DNA from: Takakia lepidozioides | Lineage: Eukaryota > Plantae > Bryophyta | Direction of reading: 5' to 3' | NCBI GenBank assembly: GCA_030704615.1 | Contig: CM060731.1 | Coordinates: 32,426,001 to 32,490,000 of the forward strand | DNA length: 64,000 bases | Translations under genes and position numbers: made by a program | Part shown: positions 1 through 13,404 of the stretch, piece by piece | How positions within the stretch are numbered: the stretch's first letter is position 1 | How the letters are laid out: each line of letters opens with the position of its first letter | Notes under the pieces: generated by a model | What the model was told of the DNA's origin: nothing | The model's database searches: none | The model's input: the letters and a program-made list of their open reading frames with translations, nothing else

Positions 1-44
1 ATTTATTCTTCAGGTTTATAGTATAAATAAAAAGAACACGGGGC

Positions 45-323
45 CAGTGATTTTTTTCTTAAATTTGAAAAATAGCACGAGTGGCTACAAGAAATAGCTA
101 TATATTCTGTTCATCCATTGAAGATTTGGATAGAAACATCCTCCTATGTACTTTCATCCATTTATATCATCCACATTTGGCGAATTCATCCATTATTTTT
201 TTTTTCCTTGTAGAAGTTTGGCGATTTCATCCATGAAAAAATTGGGAATTTACGACAGAATATTGCATTTTCATGTTTTGAGGTCGCCATTTCGCGATTT
301 TTCGCCAAAAACAAAAAACACTG
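45..323. mobile_element. hAT-like MITE
   Basis: Termini CAGTGATTTTT...AAAAAACACTG; flanking 8-mers CACGGGGC (37-44) and CACCGGGC (324-331) match at 7/8, as expected for an 8-bp hAT target-site duplication; no coding capacity. Confidence 0.65.
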
Positions 324-851
324 CACCGGGCCGGCATTTATTCTTCAGGTTTATAGTTTATACGTTTATACGCGGAAATGACTAATACTATAATAAGGAG
401 CACGAGGCAACACGAAGGCGTAATGACGTAATGACTATGAGCGAAGTGAAACCGTTGGACACGTTGTGGATCGTAACGCGCGTTGAATCTGGCTACATCG
501 GACGGTCAGAAGGGCATCGTAATGTGGTAGAGCGGTGGCGTGCTTGTTGGCAGCAGAGCCAGCGTCTTCCCGCATCGACTCTGCGTGGTGGCTCTGTCAA
601 TTTGCGTGGACGTATCGGATGTGTAATCTCGGGCGTGGCCATGGTGGTAGAGCGGAGGCGGGGGGGTGGTGCGATGAAGCAGCCGGGATCAATTTTGAGC
701 GTGATGTAGGCCTGGGATCTGTGCAGACATGCTCATGGCTTGCAATCTGCATTTGCATTTGCAGTCGTTCTTTGAGCCAAGAGATCGGGGATTGTTGGCG
801 ATGAGAATTTGAGAGAAATTAGGAGAGGTGAGGGGTAAGGGATCGGGAAAG

Positions 852-3800
852 ATGGCGTCTTGCATCATGCTGGATCTGGTGCCGTTGCTGTTTGTATTGT
901 CTGTACTTATGCCGTGCCCTTGCCGTTGCTTTGGGGATTTAAACCCTAATGTTCTTTCCACGTACAATCGAACATTACCTGTCACATTTCAGTCAGAGTA
1001 TGGAGCTGCAGTCATGCTCCCTCTTTCAGGTTCGGCAGAGGAGCATCAGATATCCCAGCATGGCAGGGAGCTTGTTGCTGACGCTCGCATGAATTTGCAC
1101 GACGATCTTCTGACCAAAGGGTACGAATTCAAATTTTCACCCTTACTTTGCCTCCGGAAAGTACCTGTCAATTCACTCGGAAGCTTCAGTTACGAGTGCA
1201 GAATAATACAAGCCACCGCATCCGCTCCCCAGGTGTGCTCTATTCCTTCTGTCTCTCTCTCTGCTACGGCAAGAACAGACTGTTGCGAACGCGCATTCTT
1301 TGGGAGGGCGTGACTCTTTCTATCGCTTATTTGTGTAGGCAAGGGGTGACTAATTTTACGAACATAGAAGAAGAGGATTTGCCACCTTTTGGCAAGTATT
1401 TGCTCGGTGTTAGCTTGAAATGGTCATGTAAATGGAGTCTTGCCTACTTTGCCGAAGCACTGTATTATTCTATGGGAAGATTCCCTTTTGAAGCGTATTT
1501 TCTTCAGACGATAACAGTGCAAGTAGCTGCGAATTGAACTCGGACTTTATGATACAGTATTGGCTGGATGGGATTGCATTTCCACATTACACATACGAAG
1601 ATTATTGGGGAAAGCCCTTATGTGATGAAAATAGCATATGATGATTGAATGATCTCAACTCTGTGAGGGAATGATGATTGCACACAAACAATACATGTAG
1701 ATTCATTTGAAACAGATTTGGACCAAGAGGCATGTAAGGACGTGAGATCAGTTGATAAGTCAGCTAAGTTTTCCTGAAACAGGATCAATTTGCTGTGGTT
1801 GGAATACAAACATGGACTATACATCTTCCCCGGCACCACATTCTTTTCGGGGAACTTTCACAAGCATGAGCAATGTGATTTACTTATGTTTTCTCCAATG
1901 CTTTTGCCTGTATTTGGCCAGCTCTATTGTCAGGCCATTTCACAAACACCACAACACGATCATTTCTATTTGTAGGTTTTGTTTCCTGATTCCAGCCTAA
2001 AACGCAAGTTACCAATAAAGAGCAGATTAGGATTATCGGGGTAAATAGATTCCAATTGGTTATGAGCCTGAAGAGGTTATATCCATCACAACCAGAATTG
2101 AAATCTGCTCTAACCAGTGGCTTCCTTGTATGGATCTAGTGTCGACCAGTGGCAATAGTTAACCTGATTAATTTGTGCAGGTATTATACAAGCAGGGTCC
2201 ATATAGGCACACCGCCACATGAATTTGCTTTGATAGTGGACACAGGCAGCACCGTCACATATGTACCTTGCTCAACCTGCACACATTGTGGCTCCCATCA
2301 GGCATGCCCACCCCCCAACTTTCTGACCATGCTTGCTCTTCTTAACGATACACTTTTTCCTTTGTCTCATTCCTGGCCCTGAGTGTGACAGGCAGTGTCT
2401 GTTGCCAAATGAGGCTACAGCAACAGTGCTGGAATTGAAATGTGTTGGTCTTTAGCATGATGTGGTAACAGATTGTACAGTAGGACCTGATTTTCTGTTA
2501 CCAGACTGTAGTTGGCTGTGCCCACAGTATGTTTGAGCATTCTTGTAATTCAGGCTGAGTCTCATGTACCTTGGTGGGCAAAACCTCACAACCGGTTCCA
2601 AGAGGGTTAGGATGGCTACAGGGACTATGCTCTGAAGGGTCTCTAAGAACCAACATTCACAGCCAATACTCAATAATGTTTTTAGTGAGGAAAGGGGAAA
2701 CACTCCAGATCCAATCTCTCTCTCTTCCTCCCTGTGCAGCTTGGCATCTTATGCTCACAAGGCACCCTATTTCTGTCCATTGGACCCAGTCTGTAGTTGT
2801 TTCAGTGTCTGTACTTTTTGTCCCAAGACTCCGGTTTTTCATGGACAATGCAAAGTTCTTGGTTTGTTCTACCCTGTGATAGGTGTATAGTTTCTCTCTC
2901 TCTCTCTCTCTCTCTCCCGCTTCTCTCTTCCCACATATCCGGAAAGTTGTTCAAACTGGCAAGGGCAAAGCTCTGGGGCTCACTAAATTTTTCCACTGCA
3001 GAGGGGTCAACTCTGAGGTTAAGAAAACCATGCTTTGTCGCGTTATTAGACCTGCCTTGGAGTACGGATCTGCTATATGGGTTGATAACTCCAACCAGGC
3101 TAAGTCTCTAGAATCCATTCAAGTGGGGGTGCTTAAGGAGTGTATGTCAGCATGCTCCAAAACAGCCAATGTGGCTGTTCGGGGTGAGTTTGGCATTCCG
3201 TCCTTAAGCTCCCGACGAGATGAATTCAAGGTCAGATGGTGGGGTCAGCTGCAACATATGCCCAACACCAGATATCCTAAATTAATCGACTCTATATCTT
3301 GGAAACAGGCCGCCCTGTCAAACAGGCTAAGTCCTGGCAGAAGAGAGTAGAAGAGATCCTCAAGGACCTGGACCTGGATCCGCAAGTCTTGACCCTGCTG
3401 GATAAATCTGACTTAGAGGCTGTAGTGTCCTCAGCCATGTCTGTTGCCATGAGATTGTCTGATGAAAATGAAGTTAGGCAGAAAACTTCCCTGAACTTGT
3501 TTCCAGTCTGTGACATGGGGGAGGACATCTTGGATGACCTCAAGGGTCTACCCACTCTCGGCACTAGACTGAAATTTAAACTCAGGGCAGGAAGCCTACC
3601 TTTGAACAGCAAACAGAAGCAGAGAGGAAGGGAGAGTGCAATTGCCCGTTGTGTGGGCAATCTGAAGACAGTATTCATTTTCTGATACACTGTCCGGGGT
3701 TCTCTCACCAAAGAGACGCTCTCTTCAAATCTATTAAGGGAATTGTGCCTGTACCCCTGTTTACCAACTTTGAAAGTCTCGAGGCTGAGCCAAAAGCCCA

Positions 3801-6800
3801 GGCCCTCCTGAGGCCTAGTTTTTGGGCAAATCACACACAGCAGATTGATGCTTGTGTGAAGGGATTTCTAGAGGATATCTGGAAAACCCGGATTAATTCT
3901 TTATATGGAGGTAAGTCTTACTACCAACGTCAGCCCCTGACAGAGGTAGGTTCTGTCCCTTTTGTTCCGCTCAAACTGGGCGCGGGGTCAATGGCCACAA
4001 GGCTACGGCAAACAACGTCTTATGAGTACAATCTCTCCCGCTTCTGCAGAGTTATAAGTACTTGTCTCGAGGTTGATCTGGAGTCTAGAGGTTGTTTCCA
4101 CGAAGGCCAAGCTGGCTTTCGGCGAAACAGGGGCTGTGTGGATCATATCTTCACTCTAAGCCAGATTATCCAGGGAAGGAAAAAAGAAGGGAAACCCACT
4201 TATGTTTTTTCCTGGATGTCAAAAAGGCTTATGACACAGTGTGGAGAGGTGGCCTATGGTTCCGCCTCTGGTCTTGTGGGATCAAGGGAAAGATGTGGAG
4301 AGTTGTCCACAACTTGTATGCTCACACCAAAAGCTGTGTCACTGGTAACGGACAGAAGTCCAACTTCTTTGACATAGACCAAGGTGTAGCTCAAGGATGT
4401 ACTCTCTCCCCTCTGCTCTTCAATGTTCTACTGGAGTGAGCCCCTCACAAAGGTAGTGTCTGTTCTCTCTCTTTTCGTCCAAAGTGGGCACAGGGCCTAT
4501 GGCCACAAGGCTACGGCAATCAGTGTCGTATGAGGACATTCTTTCCTTTTGTCCCATAAGCTCTTTTATGAAGTTTCCTTCTTTCTTTTTCTCTCATAGC
4601 CACCTTCTTCACATTTGTCAGTGTCTTGGCTTACCAAGGTTGTGAGTGAGGGTTTTCTTTTTTGAGGTTTGATTTGGGGTGTTCCCCCTACTCACAGAGA
4701 AAGAAATACGAACTCTCCATAGGGAGATGAGACTCTACCAACTGTCTGTATGGGGGCAATTGAATATGTTTTGATGTACGACCTGGCATCAACTTAACAC
4801 TGGAAAGTACGAAGTTTATTCCAGCACTGTTACCAGCTGGACTGGTAAGACTCTTTTGCTGGACCTAAAAGATGATAAGAGACTGTAGGATCTGACATAA
4901 ATGCTAGCTATGGACCTTATAGATCATTGTGTCAAGGTAAGGTTTCTGCTGTAGAGAGAATTTTAAACTGCCACCTTGATGTCAGCCTCTGAAAGTGTGT
5001 GCTGAATTTCTGAACCTGAAACAGGACCCACGCTTCAAGCCCGATGCCTCCAGCTCGTATCAGGTTATCAATTGTACAGCATCTGATTGCCAAACTGGGA
5101 CATGTGATGATAATCAGCAATGTGTATATGACAGACGGTACGCTGAGATGAGCTCTAGCACTGGTCTTTTGGGGAGAGACCAAATTGGGTTTGGGACAGA
5201 CAGCCGACTGGCACCCCAGCCCCTCTTGTTTGGGTGTGAAACCACAGAAACTGGAGATCTTTTCTATCAGCATGCTGATGGTATCATGGGGCTTGGAAGG
5301 GGCCCACTCAGCATTGTGGATCAGCTTGTTGGACATGGGGCCATGGCGAACTCTTTCTCACTCTGCTATGGTGGCATGGATGAAGGCGGGGGTGCAATGA
5401 TCTTGGGTGCAATTCCTCCACCTTCCGGCATGGTGTTCACTCCTTCTGATCCTAATCGCAGGTTTTTCCCTGTCTGCTTGGTCAATCAGGCTGGATGGTA
5501 GATTGTGAGAAGTCACAGATGTGGGGTTCAAAGCTATCTATGGGATAATGAGAGCAGGAGTAGAGATACAGACAGAAGAGGACATTTTACACAGGATGTA
5601 AGATTACTTGTGCATGTGTACTTGAAGAAAAGAAAGAAAGATACTTGTTTACAGCCTTGGGAGGCCTCAAGGAACACCAGTAAAACAGCACAGTAAAGCA
5701 CAAGGGGAGAGAGAGAGAGAGAGAGAGAGATTTGCAACTGAAAGCTACCTGTGAGGTGGGGCTTTGGCAGCAATTACTATAATCTCTTATTGAAGGAGGT
5801 CCGAGTTCAAGGAGTCCCTTTGGAGCTGGATGCAAGTATCTTTAATGGGAGATATGGCACAATCCTGGATAGTGGCACCACCTACGCATATCTGCCTGAG
5901 CAAGCGTTCGATTCATTCAAAGAGGCTGTAAGTCTACGCACTTGCTCTCTTGTCAGGTCCATGCTCTATCCAAGTTGGGGCTTTGGTTCGTTGCCAAGTT
6001 CTTGATTAAGAGCTGTAGTCATTTGTCCCAGGGTATGCAGATTTTGACAGAGTATGCAAAGCCAGAAGAAGTGGGGTTGGGGGGAACTGATATGGGCGTT
6101 GTATCCACATACCTTAGACCCCAGAGCTTATCATCAATGCTAAACCTGAGGGGGTGGAAACAATGGTGGGTGGTTGGCACAGGTTGTGCAGCAGTTAGGC
6201 AAACTGCAAGCAGTGGATGGGCCTGACCCAACCTACCATGATATCTGCTATGCAGGTGCCGGAAAGTGAGTCTTTGCTTTTGTAGTATTGTTGTGCATGT
6301 ATCTTATGTGTGGTTTTACAAACTCTGTGCTAGATCACTGTTAAATTCAGTATGTCATATGATGCTTTGCTGCTTTTCAGTGAAGGTGTTTGCTAGTCAT
6401 CTCTATGATGTGCTTCAGCTTGTTTAAGCAGTGTCACAAAGAGAGTTCTGACAGCAGATGACTGACTTGTGATGTGGCAGTGACCCAAGGGAGCTTTGGC
6501 ATCATTTCCCTCCTGTGGATTTTGTGTTTGGAGATGACAAAGTTGTGTCTTTGGCGCCAGAGAACTATCTTTTCAAGGTTCATCCTCATCTATTGAAACT
6601 GCCTTGCAATTACCATTTCTCCTCTGTCTCTCTCTCTCTTTATGAGGTTCTGTGGGAGAGGGAAGTGACCATGGCAAACAATGTCTTATGAGTACATTGT
6701 CTTTCTGAGGAAAGGGGAGATACCCAAGAAAATACTTATTGATTGACAACCTCAGTCACAACTTTGGCAAGCCATGCTGGCCGACCAAGACAGGTTAGAT

Positions 6801-9800
6801 GAGAGTTGCACCAAGTGCAATCTTACAAGAGGAGTGTAGTTCAGCGAATGACTTTCCATGAAAAAGCATGCTTACCAAAACGGTGCAAGATGAAAATGCC
6901 CAGAACATCAGGACCTATCTGTGGCCACAGGGCTAAGACAACCCTGGGAAGAAAACCCAAGCAAAGGTTACATACCCCAGCCAGCAGCCAAAAAGTGATA
7001 GGAGCAAAGGCACCAGCACAGCCATGAATATCATGAAACCAGAAGTGCTGCAACAACCAGTACAGAGACTCTTGACATGCAAGCTTTGGGAGGGGGGGTT
7101 TTGCACACCTACAGCTGAGAATGCAAAAGTGCTTGTTGTCCCCAGGTTTCTTTAGAGAGACCAAGCCCTCCGATGTGTCCTTGCTTGTCCTCAGGAGAGC
7201 AAGATAATCCACGCTCTCTCTTCAGCAATCATCCGTTCAGACCAATTGCTGTTCATGATAGGTCCTAGCATAACCTGCTCGATCTGCAGTGCCAGGCAAT
7301 GTTCTCTCCTGATGGTGCTGTAGACGTTGAGGGATTGCGTCCAGATTCTTGTGGCCCTGAGGTCGAAGAGAAGGCAAAGCTTCAGAGTGCATCCTTCCTA
7401 AGACTGCTGCATTGCTTCTGCCTGGCATGCTGCATAGTATTATATATAATCATTCAGCCAAAATATTTGCGAGCAGCCTGTCCCAATTTCTCCTGTTGTC
7501 TTGAGTAGAAAGAGACCTAGGTGGCAACTGATTGTCGTCATCCCAGCTGAGCTTCTTTGTCCCAAAGAACTTACAGAGAAGCAAAAGCCCTTCCGGACTT
7601 CTAGGTGTTTCTACCCTGTCTTGAAGGCAATCTGTCATCTGTTTAAGAATACTGCAAATCTCAAGAGTCAATCAGGTAGACTTTCAGCTGTGACATTGTC
7701 TCTAGGCCTACCATATTGTGGATATATTTTTGGAGCCTTCAATAGTCGATCTTAGTAATCTTCTTGATAAACGGAATGAGCCTTAACTATGGTAGTGTCC
7801 TTCATTGGCTGTCCTTGGGTCGCTCCCTTATTACTCCATGTATACTAGTTGTGAGGCCTATGGCCTAAATGTTGTGGCAGGCAAATTTTATGAGTAAATC
7901 TCCCTCTTGTCTGGCTGCAGCACACCAAGGTTCCAGGGGCATACTGCTTGGGGGTCTTTAAGAACCAGGATCTTACCACATTGCTTGGAGGTAAAGCTCC
8001 TTTCTCTTGAAATTGCAGTGTTGCTAGAAAGTAAGTCAAGACCCTAAGGAAAAGGCATTGCTTCCTGCTGGTGCGCTGTCTTACAGTTGGAGATCATCCT
8101 ATGTTGAGGTGACACCCCCAACAAGCTAAGCATGGAGCATCAGGGTAGAAAGGTACTCAGACTTAAAATACCCTGGCAGAACTGGTTGACAGGGAGTGTG
8201 AAAGTCCCAAAAAACGAGGCTTTCACAACCTTGTTTGTCAGTCTGCAATCTCATATACTGCATTGGAAAATCCTTCTACTTTTACATTGTTCTCAGACTT
8301 GTATGAAGTGCAGGCTTATCCTGTGTGAAAGTATGTTTTAAAGAACTATTTCTGATTCGTGGGGACGGTCCAGGAATTGTTGTGCGCAACATGCTGGTGA
8401 CGTATGATCGGGCAAATAAACAAATAGGTTTCCTTCGCACCAATTGCACTGATCTCTGGACCACCTTGCCGCCTGATACATCACCATCTGGTACCCCTCA
8501 AGATGCCGGTCTCCCAGCAGGGACCCTAAGTCCAACACCAACTCCAGTTGATAAGCCCCCAGCGAATGTTCCACCTAATGACGAGTCGAACGTCCCAGCA
8601 AAGAACCAGACAAATGCTTCAACACGTAATGGAAGTGTGACTTCAGATGCTTCTCCTTCGCCATCTCCTTCGCTGTTTCCACCGGTATTCACACCTATGT
8701 CACCAGCACCAGCTCCAGCTTGCTTTGGTTAGTATTATCCTCCAATCGCTCCTTCAAACTACAATTTTGAGCACTTTGGTTAGCCTCCAAGATCCAACCA
8801 CAGGAATGTATTTGAGACTTGAGAGTAAGCAAGCAACTTAGGGGTGTAAGAGCCCACCAAGTTGTCTCACTTTCAGCTATAATCGGCTGTCTGGGCTTCC
8901 TGTAGATGTCATAAAGTTTTCCTTTTCTCCCTCAAGATGTTCACGGAGAAGACCGGCTATGGAACTGCAGCTGAAGCCAAATCTGTTCACGGAGAAGCCT
9001 AGCTGTGCTAATTTCATTATCATACTCCCTAGTTTGACGTCAATGCCAGCCTTTGAATGTACTCAGTACAACCCTTTGATGCACTTTTATATCTCAGTAC
9101 GATAGGAGAATTTCACAACTGCATATTCTTATATGGAACCACAGCATTGCTAATATATCGTGAAACTTGACAGATGTGCAGGATATAGGGGGTGTGGATT
9201 TGAGCTTGGCGCTGACTGCAAATATCACCACTTTCTCTGCCTCGTCTTCTGTGTTTTTAGCAGACATGGCACGCGAGCTTGATCTCCAACCATCACAGGT
9301 TGATAGCACAGCAGCTTTTCTGTTTGCTTTAGTGCTTGAAATTAGACCTGCTGATAGGTTGGATAAAACGGAAGGGCGGATGTATAATTCAAGAAAGGAC
9401 ACGGCTCTTTGGCCATGCACGAACAGAGGTTCCTACCAATATTCACTCGTGATGATTAAGCTGATGGGATGGACTGACTTGCTGGGCAGGTAAGTCTAAT
9501 TGACTGCAGGGATGAAATGAGCCAAGTGATTGTCCAATGGAGAATCGTGGCAGCTCCTGGAAATCAACTCTCCTCTACTTTCGCTCAGGTCAGTTCCTAT
9601 GTTGTTTATCCTACTTCCTGTGGACTTCGTTTACTTACAATCCTGATTCTCATTGTGTACTTGGTAGGTATCCACTGTTGGCCTTCAGAGACTTCTCTTC
9701 TCAAATTTGGTATGCTTTCAGGAAGAATGACTCAGAAAAAGTACAGCTCTGGTGGCCACTCCTCACGAAGCTTACACCCTCTTTGGTTCCAATTTTACAG

Positions 9801-10339
9801 AGAATTATCAAGCGCCTACAAGAACATGAAGTGCAGCTGTCAGCAGTGTTTGGCACCTACAACCTTAGTAGCTGGAAGCTCCTGCCACAATCTAGAGGGT
9901 AAGGCCTGGATAATTGTTCTCAAACTGTTGCAATTTCCTGTTTGGTTGTACGCAAAGTGGGGAGTAAGTAGAGCTTTTGTAGTCCCTTGAAGCACTTTGA
10001 ATCTATCTGGAAATGCCTCCTTTACAGGAGTAGGAAAACTTGAAATCTTTTGAATGATTTGCTTGGACACTTAACGGTGGCACCGTGTCAAGCAATTTAA
10101 GAACAGGCCCTGCCTTTTGAGTGATCAATAGAGTGATGATTTGGTTTTGATGGATCAGATCTTCCAAGAGGTATGGTGGCGCTGTTGTGATTGCGGGAGT
10201 GTTGACAGCAGCAGCGATACTGGTGGCAGTTGCAGGCAGCTTAGTGTACTGGTATCTTTGGAGATTTAGAGATCAAGACCCCGTCAAGTATACTACTGTG
10301 AACCCTTTGAATGATGAGGATGGGTTCGAAGAACTATGA
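852..10339 (+). CDS. A1-family aspartic protease with C-terminal transmembrane anchor (atypical plant aspartic proteinase), 12 exons
   Basis: Exons 852-1120, 2181-2301, 5025-5461, 5771-5927, 6183-6265, 6481-6577, 7921-7990, 8374-8727, 9174-9298, 9490-9588, 9801-9898, 10159-10339 splice in frame. Signal peptide, ARMNLHDDLLTKGYYTSRVHIGTPP, catalytic DTGS and DSGT motifs, LLGGIVVRNMLVTYD, Pro/Ser-rich linker, hydrophobic segment and a short cytosolic tail. All introns GT-AG except intron 2 (GC-AG). Confidence 0.92.
2940..4530 (+). mobile_element. Degenerate non-LTR retrotransposon (RTE/RTE-X-like), two rearranged pieces in intron 2 of the protease
   Basis: Post-RT region (RPALEYGSAIW...AVRGEFG) and CCHC finger (CPLCGQSEDSIHFLIHC) at about 2940-3910 with frameshifts; RT motifs (QAGFRRNRGCVDHIF, FLDVKKAYDTVWR, GVAQGCTLSPLLF) at about 4090-4435; both pieces end in the same 3' motif ATGGCCACAAGGCTACGGCAA. 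Confidence 0.85.
6760..7800 (-). mobile_element. Decayed LINE-like fragment in intron 6 of the protease
   Basis: Broken minus-strand ORFs rich in W/C/H resembling L1 C-terminal regions; no intact diagnostic motif. Confidence 0.3.
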
Positions 10340-11280
10340 TGTTATTATTTAATTTGTACATTGTTCCATTTTTTTACTCAATAAGATATTCGAGAATTTT
10401 ACTTCTTCAAGGATTATTCTGGGTGTCTGATTGTTCATCAACATTATTATTTGAAATAGTCGTCCACAAAGCATATGTGGACTCGAGCAACTGGACCTTG
10501 TTACTCTGATAATATCCTGAGGCTCCAACATGTTATCAGTTGTGGCGTTGAGGATAAAGCATGGTCATCTGCAAGCCTGTAGTTAAGTCAGCTTTGTTGT
10601 GAGGTCAAATCCAGGTGAGTCAAGTTATGGATTGTACGGAAATGTCTGGTTCATGGTGTAGGATGGACTGCGAGACTGCATGATGAAGAAAAGAGAGAGA
10701 GAGAGAGTACCCCTCTCTTCCTAGACTACTTAACGAGACCGGAGGCAGCTCTAATACTATTTCTGTGCATCCAACACTCCCCATCTTTTGCCTTTTATTC
10801 ACCCAACTCAACTATCTCTTAATCCACATTCATAATATGGGTTAACCCCAACAAAGCCTAGAAAGGGGCACTGTTGCGCCTCTCCTTAAACCCTCTCCCT
10901 TGGATATTACCTCCTCCATTGTACTCCAACGATATCCCCCCACCCACTCACACTATACAGACGGCTCCCAAACGGGCTCCAAAGCAAGTTATGGGATATT
11001 TCATGCTGCTACCAACCAAGGCACATCACATAAACTACCTCCCCCCCCCCCATCATACTTCTGTTGAGTATGTTGAGGATTTAGGCAATGTTGAAGAGAG
11101 TAATATCTAGAGGCTTCTAGTTAGGACTAGACCTAGTTAGTTGAGTGGAAGCATCTCAAGAAGCTTCCCCAACAAGGGTTGCTCGTGGTCAAAGCACGGC
11201 GGCTAGGGCTTTGACTTCGGGTTTGCACAATGGTTCGACCACTAAATTCAATTGTCGAGTTGAAATTTCTGAGGCAGATG

Positions 11281-11706
11281 CCCTCTATAATCTGATTTTA
11301 TGGCACCCAAGGGACTCTCTCCCCCAAAAAGCAGACCAAAATTCCAAAAACTGAGATAGGCTGCTTTGTATGTGAAATCTGGGGGGTAAATTGTCATGGT
11401 TTGGCTTCTTACCCAAGTACACCCATGAGGTGATATTTGTTTTCTAATTCCTTTGGTAAGTAAGTGCACACTAACATTTCATAGTGCCTTGTCCAAAAAA
11501 TCGGCGTTTTGATCAATTTTGAGCCCTAGATGTTGTTTTCAAGATTGCTCATTATTTTAAGGCACCTTAAATTCCTATGCGTGCTTCTCCCTAACCCCCT
11601 CGCTTTACTTTCATGAATCACTTCCATCCACTACCATCCATAAAAGCTGGATTGTGGCAGACGACTGACGCAACCCGATTCGGGTTGCGTCATCGTTTAG
11701 GGGTCA
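11281..11706. mobile_element. Non-autonomous DNA transposon fragment with a piggyBac-like terminus (copy 1)
   Basis: Colinear with about 51870-52392 (shared GGCTGCTTTGTATGTGAAATCTGGGGGGTAA, CCCTAGATGTT); ends in palindrome TGACGCAACCCGATTCGGGTTGCGTCA followed by TTTAGGGGTCAA. Confidence 0.55.
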
Positions 11707-11848
11707 ATCCCAATCCTGCAATTGTATTCCTCAACTTCACTTGCTTTTTTCTCCTGCTTGTTTTTAACTTGCTAGCAATCTTAGGTTCTTCAATGTTGCA
11801 ATTTGGGTTCTGTTTCTCTATTTCTTTGGTGCTGCCCTCCCATATGTG

Positions 11849-12499
11849 GGGCCTATTTCCGTAGTTATGGATCTGTGTTCCGCGATATTAGGCCCTCTTA
11901 ATCAGGCTCACGTGAGCCTAGTCAGGCTCACGCTTAGACAGGCTCACGCTTTAGCATCCCTTCAAAAAGGTTCGGGGTGTTGTATGTGAGCCATAAATGG
12001 TGTGTATACATGTGTGTAATGTGTATGCGGTCTGTGGTGGGATCAATCAATAGATTGGATGCCCCTTCCATGGCAAGATGGTCTGCTGCTTCATTTCATT
12101 TGAAGCGACTTTAATGAAGTGTATGGCTTGGCAAATGGAGGTTGCTTGGTTGATGGTGGCTTAGATGAGAAAGTGGTGCGGGTGATGACCGTGTGAGGAG
12201 GGGCTGCCAATATGGTTGTGGATGAGAGACTGTTAGTGTGCTTACACCCTTGGGCTAACATCAGCTAGGGCTTTGCCTCATCTATGGTGCAATCCTAGGA
12301 GCGACGCTACGGCGTGAGCGATGAGCGCACGCTCACGCGGGGCTGACGTGGCGTGAGCGCAGGCTAACGCACTGTGACGTGGCGTGAGCCCACGCCCATG
12401 CCACGTCAGCCCGAGCGGAGGTCACGTCAGCAGATGCCAGAGGACGGGCGGTCGAAGAAAGGGTATTCCCGTTGGACCTATATCCGTGGGAATAGGCAT
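11849..12499. mobile_element. Probable MITE with degenerate terminal inverted repeats and GCTCACG/CGTGAGC subterminal repeats
   Basis: GCCTATTTCC at the left vs GGGAATAGGC at the right; clustered GGCTCACG motifs at about 11905-11950 and their complements GCGTGAGC at about 12310-12390. Confidence 0.35.
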
Positions 12500-12639
12500 C
12501 TACAGTATGATGAAATTAGACCCCATTATGTAAGAAGACCCCATGGCTTCAATGAATAGGTAGGACTGTAAACCGCCGACCTATGCTGCATATTGCATAC
12601 AAGACGATAAAGAATCCACCATCTTCAAAGGCATTCAGT

Positions 12640-12905
12640 ACATAGTAGAATTGGTGTGCTTCGAAGCACACCGTTTCTGCCCCATCCAAAAGGCTCTTTT
12701 TGAGGTCTCTTCAGACAGCAACAGAAAGCATGGAGGGTAATTGAAAGGGATTGCATACATAGCAGAAATGGTGTGCTTTGAAGCACACCGTTTCTGCCCC
12801 ACCCGGAAAGGCTTTTTTTGAGGTCTCTTCAGACAACAACAGCATGGAGGGTACTTGAAATGGATTGAATACATAGCAGAAATGGTGTACTTTGAAGCAT
12901 CTGGA
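12640..12905. repeat. Tandem repeat, about 116-bp unit with a long palindromic core
   Basis: Three successive cores of AGAAATGGTGTGCTTTGAAGCACACCGTTTCT at about 12648, 12764 and 12879 (the last partial). Confidence 0.75.
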
Positions 12906-13404
12906 AATGGGGTCAGGCACGATGGTGTGCGGCACCACACACTATTTTTCCAACCAACCACACCACACCACTTTCCTACATTGTTGTGAACCCCAAACAT
13001 CAGCCCCCATCACTCGCGCAACGTTGCTTTCATAGTATGCATCCTCCACATCTTCCTCCATGTCCTTTGTCTGGACCTCCTCTGTTTCTACAAGTGGGTT
13101 CTCGACAACCACTTTCTGCATCTTCTCCTGCAATGTTTCGACAGACGGGTCAGTACTGCAGAGATCGTGTGCGGTGCCGCACACCACTTTCCTACATTGT
13201 TGTGAACCCCAAACAACAGCCTCAATTCCTACCTTTCCAATCAAAGCACACATTCAGATGGAGCTTAAACGGTGTGCGGCGTCGCATACCGTTTGTGCAT
13301 TCTTCTCTACCCACTTCAACATTCCATGTAACCTTCTCCATGAGCTTGATGGGGTCCCGAATTCGGTGTTTTTCAATGGGCAGAAAGGGTGTGCGGTGCT
13401 TTTG

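Noticed and set aside
12265-12310. 3' terminus of Helentron-like copy C (CTAGGGCTT...AGCGACG)
   Set aside because: Only short partial matches; the spacing and the adjacent 650-bp conserved region are absent.
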